Of a DNA stretch of 64,000 nt, positions 1 to 15,479 are shown one piece after another. The stretch lies in the NCBI GenBank assembly GCA_964016885.1, contig OZ024746.1, positions 56,544,001 to 56,608,000 of the forward strand, given 5' to 3'. A program made the position numbers and the translations under genes. Each line of letters opens with the position of its first letter. The stretch's first letter is position 1. The notes below the pieces were generated by a model, which did no database searches, was not told the DNA's origin, and was given only the letters and a program-made list of their open reading frames with translations. Origin of the DNA: Eledone cirrhosa. Its lineage: Eukaryota.

Positions 1-279
1 TATGGATGAATGAACCACTGTAATGTATGCATGTATATGTATGTCTGCAAATCTAAGTGTTCCTCCCTATGAATATATTTGTACGATTTACAAAGAATTG
101 TACCAGAAGGCATCTGTTAAAAGTGCATGTATACTATAAGGCCATTGTTAACATCGGTACTACTTACAGCTTACATGGAGTCTGTAGACATAAGTAGTTA
201 TTTACGTTTCTTGCTTCTATCGATAGGTAACAAGGTAACAACAGGTGTCGCCGGAGAAGAACTGTGTTTTCATGAGTGA

Positions 280-318
<39 letters not shown>

Positions 319-376
319 TGAATATGAGATAGAGAAAAAGAGGTATGTGGTTCTTGGTGAATGTGAGTGTGAGAGA

Positions 377-428
<52 letters not shown>

Positions 429-709
429 GGGGGGGGTCGTGAGTATGTGTGAGTGGTGTGATTAATATCATTATGAATTATGTGGAGATTTGACAGAGGG
501 TACGACTGTCCAGATTGATAGATATTGAAAGTCAGACGCAGACACAGAATGTGTGGGACAGAATTTGGAAAATACTACAGTAAGTTATGATAAGCCGTCG
601 GAATAGGCGTTACAGAAATTAAATTAAGTAAATTGTCGAGTACGCAAGTGAAATGAAGTTAAAATAGAAATTGTTGAAGAATATACATACATACATATAT
701 TCATGCACA

Positions 710-764
<55 letters not shown>

Positions 765-894
765 ATAAGTTCTATTTAAATTGTTGGGATACAACAAGCA
801 AATTTTTTTTTATAGCTTATATAAAGCACTCAACAAATATTTGGAGTAAAAATACGATATTAACAAATGGAAACTATATTTATAAAACCATATT

Positions 895-959
895 TATTTC
901 ATTATACATATTTCAAGGACACCAAGTTAAATTATGGTGTGCTTTCATCAGATAAAATA
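895..959 (-). ncRNA. Type I hammerhead ribozyme, family A, in solo pLTR fragment 761-990
   Basis: Minus strand: UAUUUUAU-CUGAUGA-(ACACCA/UGGUGU stem II)-GAAA-UAUGUAUA|AUGAAAUA. Flanks homologous to 59830-60060. Confidence 0.78.
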
Positions 960-990
960 TAATATAGATCAGTTTTATAAATAAATATAC

Positions 991-1039
<49 letters not shown>

Positions 1040-1173
1040 AGATATATGTATATATATGTATATACATATAATATACATATGTATATATACACAAAATATA
1101 TATGTATATATATACATATTTATTCTGCATATGTATATATATATATGTATATATATATCTATATCTATAGATA

Positions 1174-1224
<51 letters not shown>

Positions 1225-1371
1225 CGTTTCTTAATTTGTTTAGCAAGATTCTTTATCTGAAAACGTGTGTAGAAACCGATATTGTTATACTTTGGGAAGG
1301 TCATGTTGCCAATAAGAAACACACGCACCATATATTATAAATATATTGGCAACATGACCCACCCAAAGTAT

Positions 1372-1499
<128 letters not shown>

Positions 1500-1614
1500 G
1501 TTCACGCATCGCCTGGTATCTTAGCAGAGAACAGTCTTCCTGATATATATACATATATATATAAATATATGGGAGGAGGTTATAGTTCACTTGAAGCATT
1601 GTGTAATGAGGTAA

Positions 1615-1974
1615 AAACGTTTGAATATGTGTAATAAAGCCAAAACAATGCAGGTATGGACATAGAAAAAAGAATGCAATTGTAAAAGATATTGTTGACA
1701 ATTCGTCCTTTACCTTGAATTTATTTAAATGTCCTTAATTTTCGAGATAATATCTCTTCTTCGGAGGGAAATAAAGGTCTCAAACCAGAGCTTTTAAAGC
1801 GCTGGTTTGAGACCTTTATTTCGGTCCGAAGAAGATAAATTATCTCGAAAATTAAGGACATTTAAATAAATTCAAGGTAAAGGACGAACTGTCAACAATA
1901 TCTTTTACAATTGCATTCTTTTTTCTATGTCCATACCTGCATTGTTTTGGCTTTATTACACATATTCAAACGTT

Positions 1975-1975
<1 letters not shown>
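1615..1975. repeat. Fold-back with 174-bp arms containing an HHR-like motif (CCGAAGA core)
   Basis: 1615-1788 and 1802-1975 are reverse complements. Minus 1731-1769 reads CCU-CCGAAGA-A-GAGAUA/UAUCUC-GAAA-AUUA|AGG. Confidence 0.75.
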
Positions 1976-2072
<97 letters not shown>

Positions 2073-2467
2073 GAAGACTGTTCTCTGCTACGATACCAGG
2101 CGATGCGTGAACATAGGGAACTAATACAAAAATAATTCAGTGGATGGAAAAAAGCAAGCGTGGACTAAATTCCCACTCCTCACTGATTAACCTCGATGTC
2201 ACGTGATTGATTCTTTTGAATTTGACACCGAACAAGTAGGCAGGGATTTTTTCAATGTCTTGGAATTTAGTCCACGCTTGCTTTTTTCCATCCACTGAAT
2301 TATTTTTGCATTAGTTCCCTGTGTTCACATATCGCCTTGTATCTTAGCAGGTTGCTCCATGCTTTCCATTCGGAAAACTATGTTTATTCCCTTTCAGAAA
2401 CTAATTAGTTGGAGTTAAATTTTAGTAAGTAAGTTAATTTTTATAATTTTCTTATTTTACGTCTTCC

Positions 2468-2550
<83 letters not shown>

Positions 2551-2552
2551 TA

Positions 2553-2626
<74 letters not shown>

Positions 2627-2629
<3 letters not shown>

Positions 2630-2745
2630 TGAGTTCAAATCTCGCCGTGGTCAACTTTGCCTTTTATCCTTACGGGGTCGATAAAATAAAGTACCATTAA
2701 TGTTTTGGGTAGTTGCTGGCCTTGTGCCAAAAGTAGAAACAATTA
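2627..2745 (+). mobile_element. 5'-truncated MetaSINE-like copy
   Basis: Starts at the B box directly after (TA)n. Confidence 0.82.
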
Positions 2746-2756
2746 TTATCATTATG

Positions 2757-2805
<49 letters not shown>

Positions 2806-3071
2806 GAAAAATTGAACAGGGACAGAACAGAGAGGCAGTACGATAAATGTTTATTAAATTCACGCTCAGGAGAGTGGGGGGTATATATATATATATATTT
2901 AATACAATAACAGAGATAGCTTAAAGCTAAACTCTGACTGGCAGCCATCTCACTCAACAAACATAAGGTTATATGTTAGTATAAACCTAATTTAAGTGTT
3001 TGGGGTGGTAACTATATGTACTATGTGGAAAGCCAGTTGTAATATTTTATGAGATATAATTAAAGTTAAAA

Positions 3072-4768
<1,697 letters not shown>

Positions 4769-5035
4769 TATATATATATATATATAGCTGGCCGTCTATT
4801 TGTCAGAGTCGTCAGTGTTTTTGAGACTGGGTTCAGATCTCTAAATTAAGAGTTCAAAATACGCATAGGTACACTACATATTTCTTCCTTTCGGGGGGGG
4901 GGGGGGGGGGGTCAATAAAAAAAGTTATTAGGATCAGCCTCTTTCCTACAGGCGGTCATATTCAAATTCCTTAACGAAAGGATGGTAAACACCAACGCCA
5001 TTTTACATTGCGTACGACAGTGATGTATAATCGGG

Positions 5036-5104
<69 letters not shown>

Positions 5105-5399
5105 CATATATGTATGGGGGGGGATATGTATATGAAGAGATGAAGAGATATGTCAAGTTAAGACATAGAGAAATAATTAAATTGAGCTCTATAAAGATAA
5201 TATATAGATATGTGCGTGCAAATATCAGTGAGAGTGAGAAAGAGAGAGGAAGAAAAAAGATAAATACTGAAATTTAGTGAAAAGTTGTATAAACTTGACT
5301 GAGAACCTAGATAGCTATAGATGTTGATCCTAACTATATGACCCAGGCTAATAATTAATTAATATTCTTATTATATCTCTAATCTGATTTCACCATAAG

Positions 5400-7620
5400 A
5401 AACACTTTTTTGTTTCACTATATTGGATCAGTTACTTCTGCCAACCATATTTCTCCATACTTCTAATCTTCATTCTTCCTTTCTATTCTATTCTCCATCA
5501 CAATTTCCAACCATTCTTCTTTATTCTATTCCTGTATTTTGCGTTTCGACATAATCTAGCATTCGTTTCCATCATAATCTTTTATTATTCATCTCATTCT
5601 TGCAAGCTTCGCTCTTCTATTCTTATATTTCCATTCCCTTTATTCCCCACATTGTTCTTTACTCTATTTTGGTATTCTCCTTCAGAATTATCCTGGCATT
5701 ATTTTTGCCTGCTATTCTTGCAACATACTTCAGTCTCTTCTAGTCTTTAGTCTCTTCTCGTTTTCACTCTCATCTCGTTATCATTATTCTTTATTCTTTA
5801 TTATATCCTTGTATATTTAATTACGTTAATTTGTAATATCAGTCCCTTTTATTGTCGTAAACTTCTTCAGATGTTTGTATGTTCCTTTATTTTCATTCTA
5901 GAAGCGTCTGCATTCTGTTCTCCAATTCATGTACCATTTCTTTATTTTTCAGTCTATTGCTGTAACTTTCTTCACAATAGTTTTTTATCATTCATTCTGC
6001 TTGTATCGCATTTGCTTTTATTTAATCGTGTAATCTGTCTCATTGTATTCCTGTATTCTTGTTTTATTATATATTCTACAATTCTATATTTTGTATCCTT
6101 TTAATATAACATTATACACATCATCATTTCGTCCGAGTAATCTCCCCCATCACACATCCTTGAAAAGCTATCTAGAAGACATTTGCTCAAGAAATTTATA
6201 TTCTCTTCCTTTCATGACACAATTATAATCCATATTTCTATTCACCTGTTACCTGTTATTTACCATTATTTTCTTTGAGCTCATGATCTTGTGTTTCTTG
6301 CAATAGGTGACACTATCTTCTGGATGTAACTCCTGGCAAAACGTGACTGTTTTCCGGTTACACGATGTGAACACAGAAGATTTTGTCGCCGGATATAGGA
6401 GATTCGCAATATATTCACGCCACTTCGGGAGGGTGCACCTCTCTTCATATGGAATAATCTGATATAAAATCCCGATAGTAATTTAGGAAGGCGATTTTTT
6501 ATTACGAGATTGGCGCATTCTGTGCTAGATTACGTTATTTGCTGATCTAAAGTCAGAGTGCAGCTTAAACTCCAATTATTTCTATCTCTTAACTTCGGGC
6601 GCCTTTACTGTTTCTGCTGCAACTTTAAGCGTCTACCAATAGCAAGAACGGTGAGTGCAAGAACGGAGATTTATCTCCAAGCCATGCTTTATAATCGGTC
6701 TTTGCACGACTAAAATTGTTAACCTCTTGATTAAACCAGGTGGTCCTTGTTCCACCAGGCACCAGAAAATGCAGTTTTCGACCTCAGTATTTACCAAGTG
6801 AAGCATCCTCCACTCCACCTCATCGTCGTCAGTGTGTTGAAGGAGTTATTTGAATTTGGATGCAATAATATTCCTGATTATCTAGCTCATCACCAGCCAA
6901 TGATTCACACCCTATTCAGTATGTCAAGCTCCATCTGACACTTGCGAGGCTTAACTTGAATTTACTTAATCTCATGCTGCAGATAACTAGTTAGTGATCA
7001 ATTATCATCCCAGCCTCTTCTTAATAGGAATATCTATCGCAGAATTGAAGAGATGAGAACACCTTCCCTTCCCCCGCCGCGACAAAAAGGAAAGAATGCA
7101 ATTACTGCTATCTGTTCCCGATTTGTCTCATACCATGTATACATATGCTATAATGTTTTCACAATAAATATCCCAACACTAGAACAAAGGTCAAGTTCAG
7201 CATCGCTGTTCTTTCCAATTCCTCATTTTCTGTCAGTTCATCAATGCCAACAAGTGCATTGATGCTTCCCTTTAAGATATATGACACATCTAGTGCAGCA
7301 AGATTTTATAATTTGAACTCTCTGTGTAGCGCAAGAACTTGCATCACCCATATCATTTTTTTTCTTTTAGCCAAAGCTTCATGAGACAAATCTTCCTTTT
7401 CAAAGGAATTTAAGCCATAAAACCTCCCGACCTCGTTAGATAGAAATGAATATCCCCTCTACAGCTTGTGCAGTCGTTTACTGGTACCATACAGGTAAAC
7501 TGGAGTTTCCATCTCCTCAAGTAGTTTACCGTTATTTGGTTTGTGGTTGCTTATTTGTTAGACAAGATCCTCCGTATATCACAACAAACCACCATATGTC
7601 GTGTCTGTATCGCTATATGT
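5400..7620 (-). mobile_element. Heavily decayed LINE-like sequence
   Basis: Strong A-rich bias on the minus strand, and fragments such as EVLWLKF (~7410-7430) and WFN (~6730). No long ORF. Confidence 0.4.
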
Positions 7621-7699
7621 CAAACTCGCCCCGTTTCCCAGCAGAACAGCTCTATCGAGAATTACACCATACCATTATAACACATACACAAATAAATAA

Positions 7700-7762
<63 letters not shown>

Positions 7763-8002
7763 TTACAACTGTGACATATACAGGTACGTAAATTACGTTG
7801 GGTTGTTTAGCCCAACTGATTCACCCTGTCATAATCAAAATTGCGTCCATCCATGGAGATTTTAGTATGTATAGGAGAGGTCTAAGTGCAGTTAATTCAA
7901 CATGGCAGAAGATGGAAACATCCTTTTCCGTCTTTTAAGGGTTTTCACTCTATTCTACAAGCTATCTTTATAGCATTTCTGTGGTCGAGCTCTTTCTGTA
8001 TA

Positions 8003-8046
<44 letters not shown>

Positions 8047-8354
8047 TATATTTTCAGAGCTTCAAAAGCCGAGAATTCAGCTTCGTACATTGGTTTTCTC
8101 TCTGCCTGTAGACATCTGAATGTTGTTCAAATATTATCTGGTTTAAATGACGGGAAAGGATTTTTGATGACTTATTGGTAAAAGCTTCTAGCCGGTATCT
8201 GGATTATATGAGGTTCATTTCTTCATAGATTCCGAAGGCAGCATTTGTTAAAGGCTTTTCACTCTTTTTTACAAGATACCTATCTAACAATTCTGTGCTT
8301 TGCACATTCTTTATACTTGTGTAAATAACCACCGCCAACGCCAGTCGCACTCCC

Positions 8355-8395
<41 letters not shown>

Positions 8396-8758
8396 TATAT
8401 ATATATATATATTTAAAAGAATAGAGGTGTAACACACGAGTTATGATATATTGGTAAACGGAAAAGAAAATGGTGACAAATTGTTCACAGTGAAAAATAG
8501 TTTCATTAGGAATAAGTGAAAATTAGTAATAGTATTAGTTAGTATTTAGTTTTGGTTTTAAGTTTATATATATATATATATGAAAAAGAACAAAGGAACG
8601 ATTATGACATTATAGCAAGTTTATTGCCGACAGCCGTTGTTCTTTGTCCTTAATATTTCTGCTCTGCTTATACGCATAGAGCTTAACTAGCTACCGTCAC
8701 ATATTTGGTAGGTCAGACGTGATCATCTCGATTCACATACGACATACCATACATCTTG

Positions 8759-9155
<397 letters not shown>

Positions 9156-9241
9156 GAAATGGTTATGATGGTTGGAAGATCACTGATGAAGGACAAACTT
9201 TTTTCATATGTAACCCATTTGCAACTCCGCAGCGCCCTTAT

Positions 9242-9280
<39 letters not shown>

Positions 9281-9285
<5 letters not shown>

Positions 9286-10700
9286 ATAAATGCTCTGAAA
9301 TAGCGATATATATGTGAATATAGACATAGAATATTCGAAAATATTCTGTATGTTTATAATAAACATTTTGAAGACCTAATCGCTATAGAATAGAATACGT
9401 CACGTATTACAATTAGATTCTCGATAAAAGCAAGGGAAGTAATCTACGCGTTTCATTCTTATTAGAAATCTTCAGGACTACATATCCAGTGCTTTTATCG
9501 AGAATGACACAGCTAGAGACTTATAGAATACTTAGCTGTGTACAGGAACTGGTTTGAAAGAGCGGTTGCCGGTCCGGCAGAAATTAGAAATTGGAATAAA
9601 TGCTCTGAAATAGCGATATATATGTGAATATAGACATAGAATATTCGAAAATATTCTGTATGTTTATAATAAACATTTTGAAGACCTAATCGCTATAGAA
9701 TAGAATACGTCACGTATTACAATTAGATTCTCGATAAAAGCAAGGGAAGTAATCTACGCGTTTCATTCTTATTAGAAATCTTCAGGACTACATATCCAGT
9801 GCTTTTATCGAGAATGACACAGCTAGAGACTTATAGAATACTTAGCTGTGTACAGGAACTGGTTTGAAAGAGCGGTTGCCGGTCCGGCAGAAATTAGAAA
9901 TTGGAATAAATGCTCTGAAATAGCGATATATATGTGAATATAGACATAGAATATTCGAAAATATTCTGTATGTTTATAATAAACATTTTGAAGACCTAAT
10001 CGCTATAGAATAGAATACGTCACGTATTACAATTAGATTCTCGATAAAAGCAAGGGAAGTAATCTACGCGTTTCATTCTTATTAGAAATCTTCAGGACTA
10101 CATATCCAGTGCTTTTATCGAGAATGACACAGCTAGAGACTTATAGAATACTTAGCTGTGTACAGGAACTGGTTTGAAAGAGCGGTTGCCGGTCCGGCAG
10201 AAATTAGAAATTGGAATAAATGCTCTGAAATAGCGATATATATGTGAATATAGACATAGAATATTCGAAAATATTCTGTATGTTTATAATAAACATTTTG
10301 AAGACCTAATCGCTATAGAATAGAATACGTCACGTATTACAATTAGATTCTCGATAAAAGCAAGGGAAGTAATCTACGCGTTTCATTCTTATTAGAAATC
10401 TTCAGGACTACATATCCAGTGCTTTTATCGAGAATGACACAGCTAGAGACTTATAGAATACTTAGCTGTGTACAGCTACACAGCTAAGTATTCTATAAGT
10501 CTCTAGCTGTGTCATTCTCGATAAAAGCACTGGATATGTAGTCCTGAAGATTTCTAATAAGAATGAAACGCGTAGATTACTTCCCTTGCTTTTATCGAGA
10601 ATCTAATTGTAATACGTGACGTATTCTATTCTATAGCGATTAGGTCTTCAAAATGTTTATTATAAACATACAGAATATTTTCGAATATTCTATGTCTATA

Positions 10701-10704
<4 letters not shown>
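9281..10704 (-). mobile_element. Tandem array of 310-bp HHR-bearing monomers (3.85 copies) plus 228-bp inversion; retrozyme-like
   Basis: TTGGAATAAA at 9281, 9591, 9901, 10211, with no differences seen between copies. 10477-10704 is inverted. Embedded in (TA)n. Confidence 0.92.
10514..10602 (+). ncRNA. Type I hammerhead with extended stem I; minus-strand copies at 9417-9505, 9727-9815, 10037-10125, 10347-10435
   Basis: GUAGUC-CUGAAGA-U-UUCU(aaua)AGAA-U-GAAA-CGC-GUA|GAUUAC, enclosed by a perfect 16-bp helix AUUCUCGAUAAAAGCA/UGCUUUUAUCGAGAAU. Confidence 0.92.
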
Positions 10705-10787
<83 letters not shown>

Positions 10788-10913
10788 CGTCTATATCTTT
10801 CGTCCGTGATTTGATCGAACTTAAGTTCACAGATATCACGGACGCCTTATCTTCTGTTCGAATTTTATTCATATGTATCCCATTTGCAACAACGCAGCAC
10901 GCCATTTTTCATT

Positions 10914-11001
<88 letters not shown>

Positions 11002-11202
11002 TATGCATGTAAATTATCAAAATCTGTGTTTCCATTTTTCACCCTACAATCGAATGGAAGTTCTAAATAATTAAAAAAACATATTTCATCTCGGCAGCAT
11101 GAGATGTGCTGCAAAAATATAAAATATCTGATGAAACCATTACTTCAGTTTTATAATATAAACCAAGAAACATAACACACACTAGAAAGTTCACAGTAGT
11201 GT

Positions 11203-11223
11203 TCTACTACTACTACTACGACG

Positions 11224-11257
<34 letters not shown>

Positions 11258-11258
11258 T

Positions 11259-11330
<72 letters not shown>
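11203..11330. repeat. (TAC)n microsatellite
   Basis: Direct reading. Confidence 0.97.
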
Positions 11331-11334
<4 letters not shown>

Positions 11335-11894
11335 TGTTCTCGTATGCCACAACCTCGTCATTCGTCTCACTACGATGAAGATCAAATCCAAAGTTTCTTC
11401 TTTCTCTCCTCAATTATAAAATTACTCCAAAGATATATTAATCTTATTTAATCCGCCTTTAATTAGAAGATTTATTCTGCAGCTTTTATTGTTTTTTTTA
11501 CAAAAGTTTCATGAAATAAAACATGCACAAACATAATATAACATTAATTATGACATTTAGGATCATGAAACATATACAAAATGCGAAAAGGCGTGGAGCC
11601 AGTAAAAAAGCTAGTGCAGATTGAGGGCGAGGATCAAACGAAGAAGACGAGTGCTGAAAGGAAGAGAAAATATGATGAAGTCATGGGAAGAGAAATATAA
11701 CCAGTCGAAAAGACAACAGCAAATAATTAAAACTGAAAATAGAAGAAGAAGAAGAAGAAGAATTAGAGGGAAGAACAGGGGATAGGTGTAGTTGTAACAC
11801 CAGGGCTATGGCAAGGAAGGAAGGGGAAGACGGAGAAGGGGTGGGCGAAGTAGAAGAGGGCAGCGGGGAGGTGTGGTAGTAATAGTATCACTAT

Positions 11895-12080
11895 TACTAA
11901 TTGTTTCTACTTTTGGGACAAGGCCACCAATTTACCAGTGTATCAGTGGTACTTTATTTTATCAACCCCGTAAGGATGAAAGGCAAAGTTAACCTCGACG
12001 GGACTTGAACTGAGACCGTAAAGGGACGTAACTATGCTAGAAAGCATGGCGTCCGGCGCTCTACCGATACTGCCAATTAT
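11895..12080 (-). mobile_element. MetaSINE-like SINE
   Basis: Reverse complement of the family sequence. Confidence 0.85.
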
Positions 12081-12189
12081 TAATAATGCTAAAAGGAGCT
12101 GTCCGTGAGATTGGCTTAAAAGAATCAGTTCGTTCTGTTTAGGCTGTTGACATCGATTCTAGTGGTAGTAGTGGGGGCGGGGGGGGGGT

Positions 12190-12260
12190 AAGAAGAAGAA
12201 GAAGAAGAAGGAAAAGAAGAAGAAGAAGAAGGAGAAGAAGAAGAAGAAGAAGAAGAAGAA
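12190..12260. repeat. (GAA)n microsatellite
   Basis: Direct reading. Confidence 0.95.
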
Positions 12261-12929
12261 CGGCAAGGCTACAGCAACAAAAATACACCACAAGAAGTTT
12301 AGGAAAGTACAAGACATAGATGATAAGGAATGTAAGAAACCAAACGAGTAAAAGAAGAAACGGAAACTGAAATAAACATGCATAGGTGATTATTAAGAAA
12401 AAGTTTTCTATAGAAAATCTAAAAGTGCAAAAATAAATCTGAATTTTTTCTTTTGTATGTTTCACATTTTAAAATGCTGCCTTGCCTGGGCTGCGCTATC
12501 ACGTCGACTCCCATATACATTTGAAATATCTTATTCATTTCATCGATTTATATTTGTGGAACCACTAATGTTACAAGGTATAGTTCAACAGGGAGTGTAA
12601 ACACAAACATACACGAACACACAGAGAATCCCCTAGACACACATACATGCACGCGGGTGTATTTAATATAGGTCAACACGTTCATGGACAAATTAACCTC
12701 AATCTATAGAAAGAAAAAAAGTGGCTAAAAAGACAAATAGGATTAGAGAACCTGAAAGGACAGAAATATCAGAAACAACAACATGGACATTAGTACATAT
12801 TGGTTAGATTTCTCAGAGACCCATGATCACAATTCCTAGAATAGCGGCAATGATCGCCGTGACATCAGTTGCAAAGTCAGAATAAATCGTATAATCGGAT
12901 CGAGGAAACAAGGTTTCCATTGGTCTTTC

Positions 12930-13091
12930 CAATTGCTAATCATATCTATCGGTCGCAACTCCAGATGGAGGGAGCAACATGAAGTAAAGTGTCTTACTCA
13001 AGGACATAACGCATAGCCCTGTCCAGGAATCGAACTGACAACATCACGATTGCGAATCCAGTTATCTAACCAATCAGCCATACGCCTTCAC
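12930..13091 (-). mobile_element. Second tRNA-derived SINE family (CORE/V-like)
   Basis: Minus strand has TGGCTGATTGGTTAG (A box), GTTCGATTCC (B box) and TGTCCTTGAGTAAGACACTTTAC. Confidence 0.7.
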
Positions 13092-13244
13092 AAGTTAGAA
13101 CAAGAAGCCAAACAAATCAGATAAATAGGGACAAGCGAATCATCCTCATCATCATAATTATCATTATGTCGTCTATATCATTATCGTCTTACTCAGAATC
13201 CCCATCACCGACATAATCATCATCATCATAGTAATCATTATTAT

Positions 13245-13670
13245 TTGGATTGGCAGTATCGGTAGAGGGTTGCATGCCATGCTTTGACGCATAGAGTTAC
13301 GGCCCTTGCCATTGTGAGTTCAAATCCCGCCGAGGTTAACTTTGCATTTCATCCTTACGGGGTCGATAAAATAAAGTACCAGTAATGTACTGGGTAATTG
13401 CTGGCCTTGTGCCGAAAGTAGAACAAATTATTATTGCCTCTAAGGGCGGTGGATTGGCAGTATCGGTAGAGGGTCAGACACCATGCTTTGCAGCATAGAT
13501 TGACGGCCCTTCATGATCTGAGTTCAAAACTCGCCGAGGTTAACTTTGCCTTTCATCCTTACGGAGTCGATAAAGTAAAGCACGGAGTAACATACTGGTG
13601 TCGATTTAATGGGCTTTCTCCCTCCCTCCAAATTACTGGCCTTGTGCCTAAACTAGAAATCATTATCATT
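13245..13670 (+). mobile_element. Two tandem MetaSINE-like copies
   Basis: Heads GGATTGGCAGTATCGGTAGAGG at ~13246 and ~13450. Confidence 0.88.
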
Positions 13671-14464
13671 GCCTCTATCATCACCAACCTCACCAACCTC
13701 ATAACCATCATCATAAACACTGTCATCGACAAGAACAACATTTTCATAATGATAGACTTTATTGCGGCACATTTCTTGTCCAGTCAATTGCTGAACTGAA
13801 TGTAATTTAATTTGAAAAGAAAAAAAAGACTAACAATACCCCCAACATCTACCCTAACCACACATCAGGTTATCACACCAGCATCACCCTCACAAAAATA
13901 TAAATAAACAAAATAGAATAAAAACCAACGAAAATATAACTAAAATAACACCCAACCAATGCCTGCCCTGTTCTGCTTTATTTGCATCTTAAACACAAGA
14001 GAAAAATACGGTAAAAAGAACGTGAAATAGCATTAATCAATTAATTAGTGTCTATTGGAAGATGACAATTGATTAATCGCAATTTCATACCATTTTGTTT
14101 TCAGGACCGAAATTCATTGTTTAAAATTTACTTCGCTGTTTATATTTTAATTTAATACTATTTTCGGAGTTTGTTTGTATGTTTGCTTGTATCTATATTG
14201 TTTTAATGCCTTTATTTGCCTTATTTATTTAATGCTAGTCAGCAATCAATTTTGAAATTTTTATTATCATTATTTTTATTATTACTATTATTATCATTAT
14301 GTGAGCAGGAGTGTCTTGGGTTCTGTTTTTCAAGTATTTATATAATTTTAAGATTTATTACAACTTTCGCTTTAATTTTCAACCTGATATGATTCACTTT
14401 TGCACACACACAAACACAAATATATATATATATATACAATATATATATATATATATATATAATA

Positions 14465-14519
<55 letters not shown>

Positions 14520-14604
14520 CAGGAGAGAAAGAGAGAGAGGGAGAGAGAGAGTTTGTGTGTGTTTTTAATTTTCAATTTGATGATTCAACTTTACACACAC
14601 AAAG

Positions 14605-14673
<69 letters not shown>

Positions 14674-14939
14674 TACATATTTATATATATGTGTGTGCTT
14701 GTGTGTGTGTATGTGTGTGTGTATATATTATGAGTTTGTTTTGTTGTATGTAAGTTTGGTTAAATTTTATTTCATATGGTCAGCCATTTAATTAAACACT
14801 TTTAATGAATATAGAATATTATTAATCATATGTTCGTTTATTTGTGTTCATTTCCTTCTTAGTTGCGCCATTCTCTTTCTCACTCTCTTTCTCTCTTTTT
14901 TTCAGTGCTACTTTCTAGATATGTGTATATGTTTCTATG

Positions 14940-14993
<54 letters not shown>

Positions 14994-15119
14994 TGTGTGA
15001 ATGTGTGTATGTATGTATGTGTGTATGTAAGTATGCGAGTGACTTTGGACATCCTGCAGGACTAAAAACAAAATCTGTCAAAGGGCAAAGGAGCTCTTAA
15101 GAGTCAATGTCCATCCAAA

Positions 15120-15330
15120 ATCACCGGGAGAGATGACCCCTTAGCCTTTGTCAAGGCAGAATTCTAGGAGAAGGAAAACTCTGATATAACATCTGCAACC
15201 CTGATGGTATCCAATTATGTTGACTTGTTCTTCTTTTTGGTAAATATCATCTTGGTTAAGAGAGTGGGACTGGCTTTGTGCAGTGCCTTTGCTCACTATA
15301 AAAGCTTCACGGCACAGGCATTGCTTTATA
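15120..15330 (+). mobile_element. RTE-like 5' UTR/SINE fragment; related copy at 16960-17180
   Basis: Both copies share CTAGGAGAAGG(A/C)AACTC and GAGAGTG.GA.TGGCT..GTGCA..GCATTGC. Confidence 0.45.
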
Positions 15331-15479
15331 TCTGGAGATCTCTCTGCACTTGCCGTCACATGGTACCATGGGCCCAGCACTATGTGTCAATAATTGTCAC
15401 AAGTGTAGTGTTTGTACCGGAGTTTTCAAGTCGCTGGCTGTACTAAAAAGTCACACTCGTTCAGCGTATTTGTAGGGGT

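Noticed and set aside
1252-1285. CTGAAAA..GAAAC on the plus strand as an HHR
   Set aside because: C3-A8 mismatch and no stems. The family's real HHR is on the minus strand (37510-37554).
9281-10475. Regular repeats as a CRISPR array or plain satellite
   Set aside because: No unique spacers and eukaryotic context. Each unit has an HHR and the array ends in an inversion.
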